DNA of 64,000 nucleotides from Elusimicrobiota bacterium (GTDB lineage Bacteria; Elusimicrobiota; Elusimicrobia; UBA1565; JACRDR01): NCBI GenBank assembly GCA_041694815.1, contig JBGFSC010000033.1, positions 64,001 to 128,000 of the forward strand, in the 5' to 3' direction. This document shows positions 1-15,000 of the stretch, one piece after another; the first letter of the stretch is position 1; each line of letters opens with the position of its first letter. The translations under genes and the position numbers were made by a program. The notes beneath the pieces were generated by a model, which made no database searches, was not told where the DNA came from, and was given only the letters and a program-made list of their open reading frames with translations.

Positions 1-3000
1 TCCACCGTCACGTATCTGGCCGGCTGCACGAACACGACCTATGTCGTCGGGCAGTCCACCTGCGGTTTCATCGGCGCCGACAATACGACATGGTCGGAAA
101 GCGTCAGCGCACTGCCTTGGCCCGCGGGAACCAACCGCATCCAATGCGAGGCGCGGGCGGCCACGGAAAGCCCGCTGGTCGTGCAGAACGAGCCCTTCCC
201 CTCGCGGCTCTTCGTTATCGACGGCGATAATCCCAACAATACCCTGACCGAACCTAACGCGGCCTATGAGAGATGGCTCTCGACGATCACCGGCATCGCT
301 ACGGACATCGGCTTGGGCGTCATCTCGAACGTGGAAATCGCCCTCTCGACCGCCAGCCAGTCCAGTTATTGGAACGGCTCCGGCTCCTGGGTGGTAGGGC
401 CGGCGATATGGCTGGGCGCGACGGCAAATTCTCCGCCCTTCGATTCCAATAACGAAGCCTGGTCGCGTTCCTCGGGCCTGCCGGCGTTCGAGAACAACAA
501 GACCTACGAGATCCAGGTCCGCCTGACGGAGAAATCAGGACGGACATTCCTGTTCCCGCAACCAGGGCCGACCTTCAATTTCACGATCGATACGGCCTCC
601 CCGACCGCGCGCATCCTCGCCCCGGTCGTCAACTCGGGCATCCGCAGCCTGCCGCAATTATGGGGCACCGCGGCCGATAACGGCCAGAACCAGAGCGTGC
701 AGATCGCGATCCAGAAGCTTTCGGCGACCCCGCTCTGGTACGACGGCGCGGACTTCCTGGTGCCCGGTTCCAATCCCAACTGGATCTTCATCCAAAACGG
801 TATCAACGGCTTTTTGTCCGCGGACGCGACGAGCTGGACCTACGCCCCGGCGGGTGTCGACGGGGATTTCACCGGGGGTTTCGAATATCTGGTGCTGACG
901 CGCTCGACGGATGTGGCCGGCAATATCCAGGATACCTTCGCCGCGGACGTTTCCTCGCGCGTGATCCGCATCGACAAGAGGGCGCCGGAGTCCTACGGAT
1001 CGTTTCCGGTCGACGATGGCGACGGCGCCAGCGGGCGTTATCGTTCATCGCTGGTCGGGCAGACGGGGAATTCGACCCATATTCGAGGTACGGCCCAGGA
1101 CCCGGCCGAGGGGAGCACCCCGTCCGCCGGCGTATTCGCGACACAGCTCCGTCTCTCGTATTTGAGCGGAGGGACCTCGTACTATTGGACCGGGACCACG
1201 TTCAGCTCCTGGACGGTGACGCAGAATTCCGCCTGGAACAGCGCCCTGGTGACCGGCAGCGCCCCCACTTGGAATTGGGATTACCTCGTCAATATCGACT
1301 TCAACGAGGTCGACGGGGCCGCGCAGCCCGCCGTCGACCGCGAGTACCGGCTCGAGATGCGCTCCGAGGACGCCTCCCGACTGGCCGACGGAAGCGGGGC
1401 CGGCAATGTCGAAACGCCATCCAATCCGCCGGCCGACACCCTCCATTTCATCGTCGACGATTCGACCCCGGCCGTGCTTATCACCACGCCTTCGGCCGCG
1501 GCGCTGGGCTCCTTGAGCGAGATCTCAGGCACGGCCGCCGCCGCCCTTTCGGGCCATCGAAGGACGGAACTCAAGATTTCGACGGGCACCGGGGCTAGCA
1601 CCCGCTACTGGACCGGTTCTACGTGGACCGCCAACGAGCATTGGATCACGACCGCGAGGCTTGGCCAGAGCTCCTGGACCTACACCGTGCCGGCCAACCT
1701 ATTCGACGGCGATCTTCCGCTGACCGAATACACGTTCATCGCGCGTACTCTCGATTACGCGGGCAACTATTCCTCGCTGTACTCGACCAAGACCCTGGTC
1801 CATGACGACGTCGCTCCCTATGCGGCCGTCGGATTTCCCATCTCGGGAGGCTTCTACAACGCCGCCGGGATCGTGACGAGCTCTGGCAGCGTCTCGGACA
1901 GCGCCGCCGGGAATACGGGAATCACCGATGTTCGGATCGTTTTAAAACGCGTCGACCCGCCGGTCGGATATTGGAAACAATCGGATAATACCTTTCCGCC
2001 CGGCATCCAGCGATCGACGGTCAATATTTTCACTAGCTCGTGGACCGTCGCGATGCCTGCGCTATTTAGCAACGTCAGCTACCGTATGTGGGTGGAGGCC
2101 ACCGACGGCGCGGGGAACATCTACTGGGCCAACGCGAACGCCTCGCAGGCCGCGGCCGACACGGACATCGGCAATAATGTCGGGGGGGTGCCCTTCCTCT
2201 ACGATAACGATGTCCCGCTATCGGTCACGACCTCTCCCGCCAACAACGCCTTAATCCGCTCGCAGCTCTCGGCAATCGCCGGAACGAGCATCGACGGCCT
2301 GGGCTCCTCGGGACTGTCGACCTCCGCCGGAGACCAGTTCCGCTTCCGCCTGCTGCGCAGCTCCGGCCCCCCGGGAAATTACCAATATTGGCAGGGAGGG
2401 GCTTCTTGGGGCAGCGTGGCCGATTTCTTCATCACCCCCGTTGAGATTGACGCCGCGAACAAGAAATTTTCGTGGATCCAGGCACTTCCCGCCGGGGCCT
2501 TCCTGGATGACGGGCGCGAATATAAAACCCGGATCCGCGCCCGGGACCAGGCCAACAATACGGAATCGGAGAAGGAATACCGCTTCATCTTCGACAGCTC
2601 CGTACCGGACAGCAAGATTACCTCCCCCGCGCACGATTCCTTTATCAATGCCACCGCCTTCACGATCTCCGGCACGGCCGATGATCGCATCAATTACGGC
2701 CAGGGGCAGGATTTCGAGGCCGGTTTGGCCGTCAACGGGGCCTCCGTGGCCGTGCAGCGATTGAGCGACAATCAATGGTGGAGCGGTACCGCTTTCAATC
2801 AAAGCTCCCCTTTCTGGAGTTCCGCTACCTTTGTCGGCGCTTCCTCGGGGACCTTCAGCTACGCGATCACCCTCACGGCCGATACCAGCTATTACGTGGT
2901 CGCCAGGGCATTGGACCTGGCGGGCAATCTCGAAACGGATCTAAGCACCAACACCTTCACCGTCGACCTCCAGAACCCCACCTCCCGGTCGACCTCTCCG

Positions 3001-6000
3001 ACCGGGACGCTCAACCAAATGACGGCCATCTACGGCACGGCGAGCGACCTGCTGCCGGGCCAGCTCGACGGGATTCTCCTTAACATCGTCCAGACGGCCG
3101 GGACTGGCTCGCCTCAGACCTGGACGGACACGGGCTGGACGGCGGGGGACTCGAGCATCTGGGTGGGCACCGGCACGATCGGCGCGCTCATCACCGGAAC
3201 CACCTACGCCTGGAGCTTCTCCGGCAGCACGATCGCCTGGCTCGCCGATTCCAGCTATAAGGTAAGCACCCGCGCCCGGGACAAGGCCGGCAATTACCGC
3301 CCGATTCCCGGCAGTCCGGATATCACCTTCTCGCTCGCCGGGCCCTTATCCGGCATCACCACTCCGAGCAACGGCGCCCCGCATTTCAAGTCGGCGGCCC
3401 TGACCTCGATACTGGGCACGGCGATCAATTCCTCGACCGCCGCCGTGCGCCTGACCCAGGCCGGCCCGGACCATGCCTTCGCGGTGGGCAACGACGATCT
3501 GGCCTGGCATAGCGGCTTGGGCTGGGTGTCGACCAACACCTTCAACGGCTACATCGGCGTGACCAGCTACAACGGCGCCCCCGACCCGGACACCTGGAGC
3601 TATTCCTTCTTGGCCGCCAACTGGCAGAACAATCGCAAGTACAAGGCCGAGTCCATAGGCCGCACCCTATCGCCCGCCGTGGACCAGAGCGTGTTCACGG
3701 GAGCGGAGACCCGCGAGTTCATCATCGACGATTCCGCGCCTTCGGCGGCCGTCACCCTGCCCAGCGCGCTCTATTACCGAGCCGGGCAATTGCCGAATTT
3801 CACCGGCACGATCACGGATACGGTCCCCGGAGCGGCCAATTCGGCCAGCGTGCGCTTTAGGCTCTTGCGCATGAAGGATAGCTACGAGTGGAACGGTTCG
3901 ACCTTCGCGGCCTCCGGCATCGACCTCGTCCCGACCGATCAGGGCGGGGGCAATTACAGCTTCGCCAACTCCACCGGCGACGCGGTGTTCGAGGACGGCC
4001 TTCTCTACAAGGTGCGCATCACCGCCCAGGACCTGGCGACGAACCAGACGGTGGTCGAGCAGCCCTCTCCCAACGGGTTCCGCTTCGACGTGTCCAAGCC
4101 CACGGCGACGATCAGCGTCCCCAAGGCAGGGTATGTCATCAATAGCCTGCCGCAGCTCAGCGGCACGGCGGCCGATTTCATGTCCGGTTCGGGCAATTAT
4201 CAGGGCTCCGGGGTGTCCGGCGTGAATGTCTACCTGCAGAACCTGGCCAACGGCAGCTATTTCAACGGCTCGGGCTTTTTGAGCGCGACGCCGGTGCCCT
4301 TGGCGGCCTCCTTCTACGCGCCGAGCGGCACCTGGACCTATACCTCGGGATCGCTGGAGTCCTCGCTGACCGACGGGCTCTACAGCCTCTACGTCGAGGC
4401 CGCCGATAACGCGGGCAATGTCCAGGTGAATTTCACCGCCAACAACTCCTCGAGGACCTTCGCCATCGACAAGACGGCGCCGAGTAGGGCCATCACGACT
4501 CCCGTGTCCCAGGCCTATACCCCCGCGGCGATATTTTCCGCCAATGTCACGGGCACGAACACCGATTCCGTGGTCAACAGCACGGCGGCCGGGGCGGATT
4601 TCGTCGAATTGCAATTGTGGTATGTCGTCGGGGTCAGCAGCTATTACTGGAGCGGCTCCTGGAGCACGACGATCAGCACGCTGCAGGCCTCCGGCGCCTC
4701 CTGGAGCCTTCTGGCCCAGCAGCCGCCTCAGACCGGAGCCAACAGTTGGGCCCGCGGCGCCGACGCGGTGGATACCGAGCGGCGCTATTACGTTCGAGTG
4801 CGGGCGCATGACAAATCCACCCTCGGAGACGGTTCGGTGAGTCCTTCTACGGGTAATGTAAGCAGCTGGAGCTCGCCGCTGGGATTCATCGTCGACCCGA
4901 TCCTGCCTGTCTCCTCGGTGACGACGCCTTCCAACGGCAGCTTCGCCAGCGCCCTGCCCTCGATCTCGGGCACGGCCGACGGGGGGCTTTCGGGTCTCGG
5001 TTCCCCCGGCGGGGTGGTGGTCCGCATCACGACCAACCCGAGCACCGGCCCGGACTGGAACGGAAGCGCGTATTCGTTCACGGGGGTGCCGATATTCCGT
5101 TCCGTGACGGTCACGGGCAACAGCTGGTCGTATCCGGGATCTACGGGAGACAATTTGACGGGGGCCTTCCAGGACCATAACGTCTACTACGTCTATTCGA
5201 AGGCCACCGACGGCGCCGGAAATCCCGAGTCAGGCATGTTCGTTTCCACCGTCACCATCGACGCCTCGGCGCCGAGCTTGTCGATCAGCCATCCGAGCAC
5301 TCCGCCGAACCCGCCCTTCTATTCGAACAACACCGAATCGACGCGCAAGAGCACCTATACCTGGGGCGCAATTTCGGACCCCGCTCCCGTGCCTTCCGGC
5401 GTCACGCAGGTCTGGGTGGCGATTGCCTCCGGCTCCTCGCTCAATGTTTGGTGGAGCACGACGACCAACAGCTTCAGCGTCAATCAAACCGCCGTCCACT
5501 GGTCGACGCAGGTATACGTGCCCGGCGCCGCGCGCTGGGAATATTATCCGCCCTGGACGCTTTCGGACCAGATCAGCTACAAGGTCTTCGTCCGGGCCAG
5601 CGATGGGGCAGGCAACTGGACGGGCAACATCGTCAATCCCGGCGATGCCGGAGAGCTCTCGCAGCAGTTCAAGTACGACATACTCCGCCCCACGGGCACG
5701 GTGAGCGGTCCGGCCAACGGGAGCAACGTCAAATCCTTGGCCGCCTTCTCGGGCAGCGCGGCCGACCCCGGCGGCAGCGCGGGCTCGGGCATCCAGATCG
5801 TCTATGCCGGCGTGAAGAAGACCTCGGTGATCCCGAACGAATGGTGGAACTGGGGCACGAAGCAATTCGATTCCGGGCTCAGCGATCCTCCGGCCCTCTC
5901 CCCTTTAAGCGCGGCCTGGACCCAGGTGGCGACCACCAGCGCCCAAGGCTTCAATTCCGTCGGCTGGTCGACGCCGGTGCCGGTGAATATGCTGGTGAGC

Positions 6001-9000
6001 TCCAACACCTACCAGGTGGTGGTGGCGGCCGTGGACTGGGCGACGAATCGCCCGCCGGACGCTGAGCCGACGCTCTCGGGAGCCGGCGCGAATTTCCGCT
6101 ACGACACCCAGGCCCCGGTGGTGGCGGCCACCTTTCCGGTCAGCGGGCTGGCCTATAACGCGGCGAGCCTGACTCCTCTCGCCGGCACGGCGGCGGACAA
6201 CACGACGGGCAATTCCGGAGTGCAGAGCGTCCAGATCTTGCTTAAGAACAGCGTGACCAACTCCTATTGGAGCGGCAGCGGCAATATCTTCGATGCCCCG
6301 CCTTCCGGCTATTCCAATTGGGTAACGATGAGCGGCAAGGAAACCTGGAGCCGCTCCTGGCCGTCGCTCGACAGCAACGTCAAATACATCCTGTGGGTGC
6401 GGGGCAGCGATAACGCTGTCAACATCTCGACCTACCCGGCCTACCCGGCCGATCAGGGCCGGCTCGACGCCAACCAGAACATCGACGGCAGCGTGGCGAT
6501 CAACTTCATCTACGACACCGACCCGCCGGTGTCCAAGATGACCTCGCCCCAGCCGGGGGCCTATATCCAGAACCCGGCCGTTTTGGCGACCGTCTCCGGC
6601 ACGGCCTATTCAGACGTCGCCAACGTTTCGGGAGCCTCCTATGTCGACCAGGTGCGGCTCAATCTGTATTGCTCGGGCTGCGCGGCGGGCGATGTGCCGG
6701 GCTGGTGGACGGGAGGCGGTTGGAGCACGACGCAGCCCGATCCGCCGCAATTCGCCGCCTCCGGACCGCCTGGCAGCCCCTCGGTCAACTGGAGCTTTAG
6801 CTTCTCGAACAGTTGGGCTGAGGGCTACCAGTACATCGTCTACTCCCGCGCCCGGGATTTCGCCACGAACCTGGAGTCGCCCCAGGCCCAGGGCGGCTTC
6901 ATCGTGGACCTGAGCACTCCTTCGGCGAGCCTCGTCTCTCCCGCCAATAATGTCTTCTACGTGAGCGTCAGCTCGGTCACGGGGTCGGCCGACGACCGCT
7001 TCTGCACCTTCAACCCGGCTTTGTGCGTCGTCAACAACCGCGACAAGCAGGCCGGCATCGCCGGCTCCAGCGTCACCGTGGTGATCCAGCGCCTGAGCGA
7101 CTACAAATACTGGAGCGGTACCGCCTTCGACTCCACCGTGCCCGTCTGGTCCTCGGCCAATTTCGTCGGGATGTCCAGCGGAACCTGGAGCTACTCGATC
7201 AACCCGAGCTTCCTGGTCGACGGATCGAGCTTCGCGGTGACGGCGCGGGCCAAGGACCAGGCGGGCAATCTGCAGCTTTCCTATAGCACGAATGTCTTCA
7301 CCATCGACTCGCAAGCCCCGACTTCGATGGCTACGGCGCCGGCTACGACGGTCGATGTGATGACTCCCATCTACGGCACGGCCAGCGACCCCGCCATCGG
7401 AGTGCTCGATGGCGTGCTGCTCAACATCGTGCAAACGGTGGGCAACGGCTCGCCTCAGACCTGGACGGACACGGGCTGGGTCGCCGGGAACTCGAGCATC
7501 TGGGTGGGCACCGGCACGATCGGCGCGCTCATCACCGGAACCACCTACGCCTGGAGCTTCTCCGGCAGCACGATTACCTGGCTGTCGAACTCCACCTATC
7601 AGATCAAGACCCGCGCCCGGGACAAGGCCGGAAATTACCGTCCCGTTCCCGGCAGCGCGGACCTGAGCTTCTCCATCTCCGGCCCGCTTTCGGGCATCAC
7701 CACTCCGAGCAACGGCGCCCCGCATTTCAAGTCGGCGGCCCTGACCTCGATACTGGGCACGGCGATCAATTCCTCGACCGCCGCCGTGCGCCTGACCCAG
7801 GCCGGCCCGGACCATGCCTTCGCGGTGGGCAACGACGATCTGGCCTGGCATAGCGGCTTGGGCTGGGTGTCGACCAACACCTTCAACGGCTACATCGGCG
7901 TGACCAGCTACAACGGCGCCCCCGACCCGGACACCTGGAGCTATTCCTTCTTGGCCGCCAACTGGCAGAACAATCGCAAGTACAAGGCCGAGTCCATAGG
8001 CCGCACCCTATCGCCCGCCGTGGACCAGAGCGTGTTCACGGGAGCGGAGACCCGCGAGTTCATCATCGACGATTCCGCGCCTTCGGCGGCCGTCACCCTG
8101 CCCAGCGCGCTCTATTACCGAGCCGGGCAATTGCCGAATTTCACCGGCACGATCACGGATACGGTCCCCGGAGCGGCCAATTCGGCCAGCGTGCGCTTTA
8201 GGCTCTTGCGCATGAAGGATAGCTACGAGTGGAACGGTTCGACCTTCGCGGCCTCCGGCATCGACCTCGTCCCGACCGATCAGGGCGGGGGCAATTACAG
8301 CTTCGCCAACTCCACCGGCGACGCGGTGTTCGAGGACGGCCTTCTCTACAAGGTGCGCATCACCGCCCAGGACCTGGCGACGAACCAGACGGTGGTCGAG
8401 CAGCCCTCTCCCAACGGGTTCCGCTTCGACGTGTCCAAGCCCACGGCGACGATCAGCGTCCCCAAGGCAGGGTATGTCATCAATAGCCTGCCGCAGCTCA
8501 GCGGCACGGCGGCCGATTTCATGTCCGGTTCGGGCAATTATCAGGGCTCCGGGGTGTCCGGCGTGAATGTCTACCTGCAGAACCTGGCCAACGGCAGCTA
8601 TTTCAACGGCTCGGGCTTTTTGAGCGCGACGCCGGTGCCCTTGGCGGCCTCCTTCTACGCGCCGAGCGGCACCTGGACCTATACCTCGGGATCGCTGGAG
8701 TCCTCGCTGACCGACGGGCTCTACAGCCTCTACGTCGAGGCCGCCGATAACGCGGGCAATGTCCAGGTGAATTTCACCGCCAACAACTCCTCGAGGACCT
8801 TCGCCATCGACAAGACGGCGCCGAGTAGGGCCATCACGACTCCCGTGTCCCAGGCCTATACCCCCGCGGCGATATTTTCCGCCAATGTCACGGGCACGAA
8901 CACCGATTCCGTGGTCAACAGCACGGCGGCCGGGGCGGATTTCGTCGAATTGCAATTGTGGTATGTCGTCGGGGTCAGCAGCTATTACTGGAGCGGCTCC

Positions 9001-12000
9001 TGGAGCACGACGATCAGCACGCTGCAGGCCTCCGGCGCCTCCTGGAGCCTTCTGGCCCAGCAGCCGCCTCAGACCGGAGCCAACAGTTGGGCCCGCGGCG
9101 CCGACGCGGTGGATACCGAGCGGCGCTATTACGTTCGAGTGCGGGCGCATGACAAATCCACCCTCGGAGACGGTTCGGTGAGTCCTTCTACGGGTAATGT
9201 AAGCAGCTGGAGCTCGCCGCTGGGATTCATCGTCGACCCGATCCTGCCTGTCTCCTCGGTGACGACGCCTTCCAACGGCAGCTTCGCCAGCGCCCTGCCC
9301 TCGATCTCGGGCACGGCCGACGGGGGGCTTTCGGGTCTCGGTTCCCCCGGCGGGGTGGTGGTCCGCATCACGACCAACCCGAGCACCGGCCCGGACTGGA
9401 ACGGAAGCGCGTATTCGTTCACGGGGGTGCCGATATTCCGTTCCGTGACGGTCACGGGCAACAGCTGGTCGTATCCGGGATCTACGGGAGACAATTTGAC
9501 GGGGACCTTCCAGGACAACAACATCTACTACGTCTATTCGAAGGCCACCGACGCCGCTGGCAACCCCGAGGCCGGGATGTTCGTTTCCACCGTCACCATC
9601 GACGCCTCCGCCCCGACGGCGGCCATCCATCGGCCGGCGGCTCCCGCAGGCTCCCCGTATTCCAACGTCTCCGTTTCCACGCGAAAAATACTGTTGAGCT
9701 CGGGCGCGGTGAGCGACAACGGAGCCGGGGCCTCCGGCGTTTCCGTGGTTTGGCTGGCCATCTCCTCGGGCTCGGGAGCCTCGGCGAAATGGTGGAGCGA
9801 CGGGACGCAGAGCTTCAGCGTGGGGCCGCAGCTCGCCGTCTCCTGGTCGACGCAGGTCTACCAGGGAGGGAGCTCCTGGAGCTACGGGCCCGCTTCCTTC
9901 GCTTCCGCCTTCCAGAACGGAAATTACTACACGGTGTTTCTCCGCGCCCAGGACAAGGTCGGCAATTGGACCGGCAATATCGTCAATCCAGGGGACGCCG
10001 GGCAGATATCGCAGCAGTTCCTCTATGACGACGTAGTCCCGGCCACCACCATCCAAGCCCCCTGGGGCGCCTTCATGAACAGCAGCACCACCACGCTGTG
10101 GGGTACGGCCGCGGATGTCGGGCTGGTGAACTCCGACGTGTTGGACGTCAAGTTGGCCGTGCGCCAGGGCGCGGCCTGGTGGAATTTCCAGACTAACGCG
10201 GGCTTCAACGTAGCCGACCCTTCCGACATCAATGGAGCCGCCTGGAGCACGACAACGGTGACGAGCTTGGGCGGCGGGCAGTGGAAATGGCAGCTTCCCT
10301 TCTCGACGGCCAATTACACCAGCGGCACGAGTTATCAGATCGTCGCGCGCGGCAAGGATAAGGCCACCAATATCACGATCGGCGCGCCGCCCACGAGCGA
10401 GGGTACGACCTTCCTCTACGATAACGGGGCGCCCCTAATCAATTCCACCTTCCCCGCCAACGCGCAGGCCTACAATGCCGCGCGGCTCGAGCCCCTGGCG
10501 GGCACCGCCAGCGACGCGAGCACGGGCAACTCGGGAGTGCAGACGGTGCGCATACTGCTCAAGAATAAGAACTTGAACAGCTATTGGAGCGGCTCCGGCA
10601 GCACCTTCGATTCCCCGCCGGGCGGCTACTCTAATTGGGTCACGATGACCGGGACTGGCACCTGGAGCCGGGCCTTGCCGACGTTGAGCGACAACCAGCA
10701 GTACGTTCTCTGGATGCGGGCCCATGATTTCGCGACGAACGTGTCCACCTATCCGGCCTATCCCGCTGATCAAGCGCGTCTCGACTCGAACCAAAGCATG
10801 GACGGCTCGGCCGCTCTGACCTTCACCTACGACAATTCGCTGCCGGTGTCCAAGCTCACCAGCCCCAAGCCGGGCTCGGCGGTGGCCAATACCGGGGCCG
10901 TCGCGACGATCTCCGGCACGGCGTATACCGACGCGCCGAACACGATCACCGGTTCCGTGGTGGACCAGGTGCTCATCAATCTGCATTGCTCGGGCTGCGC
11001 GACCGGCAATGTTCCCGGCTGGTGGAACGGCGCCTCCTGGGATAGCGGCGCAGAGCCCAACCCGCCTCTATTCGGCGCGGCCCTGGCCTTGCCGAACTGG
11101 TCCTACTCGGCCTTCCCGTCCGGCATCTGGCTCGACGGCTACCGTTACACGATCTATTCGCGCGCCAGGGACGCGGCGCAGAACCTCGAATCGCCGGAAG
11201 CCGCCGGGGCCTTCGTCGTCGACCGCAGCACGCCGCTGTCGAAACCGGATTTTCCCGCCGACAACGGATTCACCAACGCCTCGGCGGTCACGCTGACCGG
11301 GACGGCCAACGACCGCTTCTGCGAGATCAATCCCGGGCTCTGCATCAACGGGGTCCGGAGTTTCGAGGCGGGAGTCGCCACGGTCAGCGTGCTGGTGCAG
11401 CAGATGGACGGAATCAATAACTACTTCTGGGACGGCGGCTCCTTCGCCTCGGCGGCGCCGGTGTGGTCGACGGCGCCATTCGTCGGGATGTCGAGCGGGA
11501 CTTGGAGCTACGCCCTGCCCGCCGCGCAACTCTCCACCCCGATGCGCTACAAGGCCAGCGTGCGGGTCGAGGACAAGGCCGGCAATATCCAGACCTCGGC
11601 GGTCATCACCACCAACACCTGGGTGCGCGACCTGACGCCCCCCGTGTCCATCGCCACGGCTCCCGCGGGCCAGTTCAGCGGGGTCTCCTCGATACATGGG
11701 ACCGCGCGCGACGCCTCGCCCGGAGAACTGGATGTGGTTCTCCTGTCCATCCAAGAGACCGCCTGCAGCAATCCCAGCGGCAACTGCCACGTCAACCAAT
11801 ACTGGAACGGCAGCACCTGGACCGTGGGCCAGGTCTGGCTGGCCTCGGGCACCATCGGCAGCCTGATCTCCGGCACGACATATGCCTGGACGATGAACGC
11901 CTCGAGCATCTTGTGGGACAACAAATCCACGTTTACCGTGATCGCGGCCGCCCGGGACAAGGCGGGGGTGGTGGAGGCCACGCATAGCAGCCCCGACATC

Positions 12001-15000
12001 ACCTTCTATATCGAGACCCCGGAGGCGACCATCGCCTTGAACCAGCCCCCGAGCCCGGGCGGCGCCTCCTACCAATCGAACGCCGCCACCGTCATCCAGA
12101 TCAACGGCACCGGGACGAATATGAAGCTCAGCGGAGGCGTCCAGCTGCACCTCAAACGCCTGAGCGAACCGACCAGCTACTGGTACGACCTTAGCCAGCG
12201 ATGGGTCAACGACGCCTCCACCTACACCCCGGTCAACGTGATCGACGGCAGCCCGCAGACCTGGAATTACTCGCTTAACTTCCCCTATTCGGTGAACAAC
12301 TCTTCCTACATCCTGACGGTGACCCCCGTCAACAACGCCAATCAAGCGGGCAGCGGACCCAAGACGGCCCTCTTCTACATCGATAATAGCGCCCCTGTCA
12401 GCGCCGTCACCAGCCCCTCGGGACCGAGCTGCGGCGGGGCCAACGGCTGCCTCAATACCTTCGCGGTCTCCATCGCCGGCAATTCCAGCGACCCGGGCAA
12501 TATCAATCCATTGCCCACCATCGTTCAGAGCGGGGTGAAGCTCCGCGTCAAGAATAACGTCACTGGAGACTATTGGAACGGCGCCAATTTCGTGGGCAGC
12601 GTCAGCGAGATCGGCGTGGGGCCCTTGAGCGGCGGACCTCCGACCTTCTCCTGGAGCACGGGTCCTTATATCGGCGGATTGCGCGACGGGGTAGACTACA
12701 CGATCTACGCCCACGCGCAGGACACCGCCGGCAACGACACGGTGTCCGAAGGGCAGATGACCTCCTTCAGCTTCGTCTATGACACCAGCCCTCCGACCGG
12801 CTATTTGGTCCTGCCCTCCTCGGGCTTCGCCTACGGGAACCTGACGACGATCAGCGGCACCTCGGCCGACGCCGCGGGCGCCAATCCGAATAACCGCCGC
12901 TCGGACATGGACCGCGTCGAACTCCAGATCTTCGATCCCAAGAATAATTTCTGCTGGAGATCGGATAATTCCTGGGGCGGTTGTCCGAGCTGGGTGACGG
13001 CGGCCGGAACCGCGCCGTGGAGCTACTCGAACGCCAACCTGATCGCGCCGAACCTCGTCAGCGGAAATCAGTACATCATCACCGCCCGCGGCGTGGACAA
13101 GGTCGGCAATACCCAGGGCGTCTTCGCCGTGCCCGATTCGAGCCATACCGTGGCGATCGATACGGTGGCTCCCACGATCGGCCTCATCGTCCCCGCGGAC
13201 GGGCAGGCCTATGTCAGCGGGGCGTTGAACGGCGGCACGGCCTTAAGCGGCACCGCCGCCGACGCCCAGGCCGGGCTGCATCCGTCCGGAGACGCCCTGC
13301 AGAGCGTCGAGCTCGTGCTTTGGTATCTCCATGACTCGCCGACGCCGGGCACCAGCTATTACTTCACCGGGTCCATCGGCTCCAACGGCACCAAGTTCTC
13401 GTCCAACACGGTCGAGTCCTCCAACTGGAAGGTGGCCGCGAGCACCGCGAACTGGTCCTTGCAGTTCTTCGCCGCCGACTGGGTCTTGGATCGCCGCTAC
13501 TACATCAAGGCCCGCGCTACGGACAAGTCGCGCAATCCCAACGGGACGCTCAACGGCAATCAGACGAGCGTCTTCACCCAGGGCAAGAATCTCGTCAGCT
13601 TCGTCGTCGACGACATCGCGCCCGTCTCGCGCTCCACCTTCCCGGCTCCCAACAGCTACGTCCAGAACCTCAACTTCATCTCGGGCACCTCGAATGCGGA
13701 TCTGTCGGGCGCGAGCACCTATTATTTGCGCATTGTATACCTTGCCGCGGGCGACACGTATTATTGGAACGGCACGGGCTGGGGAGCGGCCAACGTGCAG
13801 ACCCAATTGCCGATCCAGATCCCGAACTCCACGGGCACGCTCCATTGGAGCTATCCGGTGAGCTGGCATACAAGTCCGGATATGACCGGCCGGCCGGATG
13901 GGACCATCTTCTTCGTCGCGATGCAGGCCAAGGACAAGGCCGGCAATCTGGAGACTCCGACCACGATCCAGGTCACCTTGCAGACGAACCCGCCGGCGGT
14001 CTCGATCTCGACGCCGATGGCGAGCATGCCGTATTACGGCGCCGCCCGGCCGCTCGATCCGCTGCGAGGCACCTCCGCGGACTCGATTTCCGGAGTCAAA
14101 GAGGTGCGCGTGCAGATCAGCAATCTCTCGGACGGCACCAAGTGGAACAATTCCTCATGGCAGGTGCTGGCCTCTTCCTTCAATATCGCCACCGGCACGA
14201 ATCCCTGGACATACGCGGCTCCGTCTTGGGTCAATAATAAGTCCTACCGCGTCGATGTGCAGGCCGACAATTTCGCCGGGGTCTCATCCAATCCCGCGGC
14301 CGGAGTGCTATTTACCTACGATGTCAACGCCCCCTCGAGCGCGATCCAGGTGCCTTCGCTGGCCTGGTATCCCCAAGGCCAGCCGAGCTCGTTGAGCGGC
14401 ACGGCGCAGGACTGGGTGCATTATCCTTCCACGCAGGCCAAATCGGGGCTGCAGCATGTCGAGATCGCCATCACGAACCAGGCCGGCGATTACTGGCAGG
14501 GAGGCTGCCCGGGAAGCTTCGCCGCCGGAGCGAGCTGGAGATGGGTGTCGACGACGACGGCCGATCCGGCGAGTTGGAGCTATCCGCCGTCGGTTCCGGC
14601 CGGAGATTGCATCCCGCCATGGCAGAACAATCAGCAATACACGGTGCAGGTGCGCGCCTACGATAACACGGGCAATCCGGAGAACACGCCGTATCAGACG
14701 CGAACCTTTCGCTACGACGCGTTCAAGCCGACGACGACGGTGACCGAGCCGGCCAACGCCTCCTACGTGCAGAGCATCTCGACCTTCAGCGGCTCCTACA
14801 CCGAAAACGAGTCGGGAGTGGCCAGCATCAAGATCGCGATCAAGAACCAGGCGAACAATTGTTGGGACGGCAGCGGCTTCGCCCTGGACTGCTCGGTGGC
14901 GCCGCCGGCCTCGGCCTGGTTCAACGCGGCGGTGCATACCTCGACCTGGTCGTACTACAGCCCCAATTTCGCCGCTTATTTCGCCGCCCTGAGCGTTCCC

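Noticed and set aside
181..183. GTG start for the giant gene
   Set aside because: The frame is open from base 1 with similar composition and no signal peptide follows; the gene starts upstream.
3352..9504. Composite transposon or DGR template/variable pair
   Set aside because: The copies are in-frame coding sequence with no transposase or reverse transcriptase and no adenine-specific differences seen.
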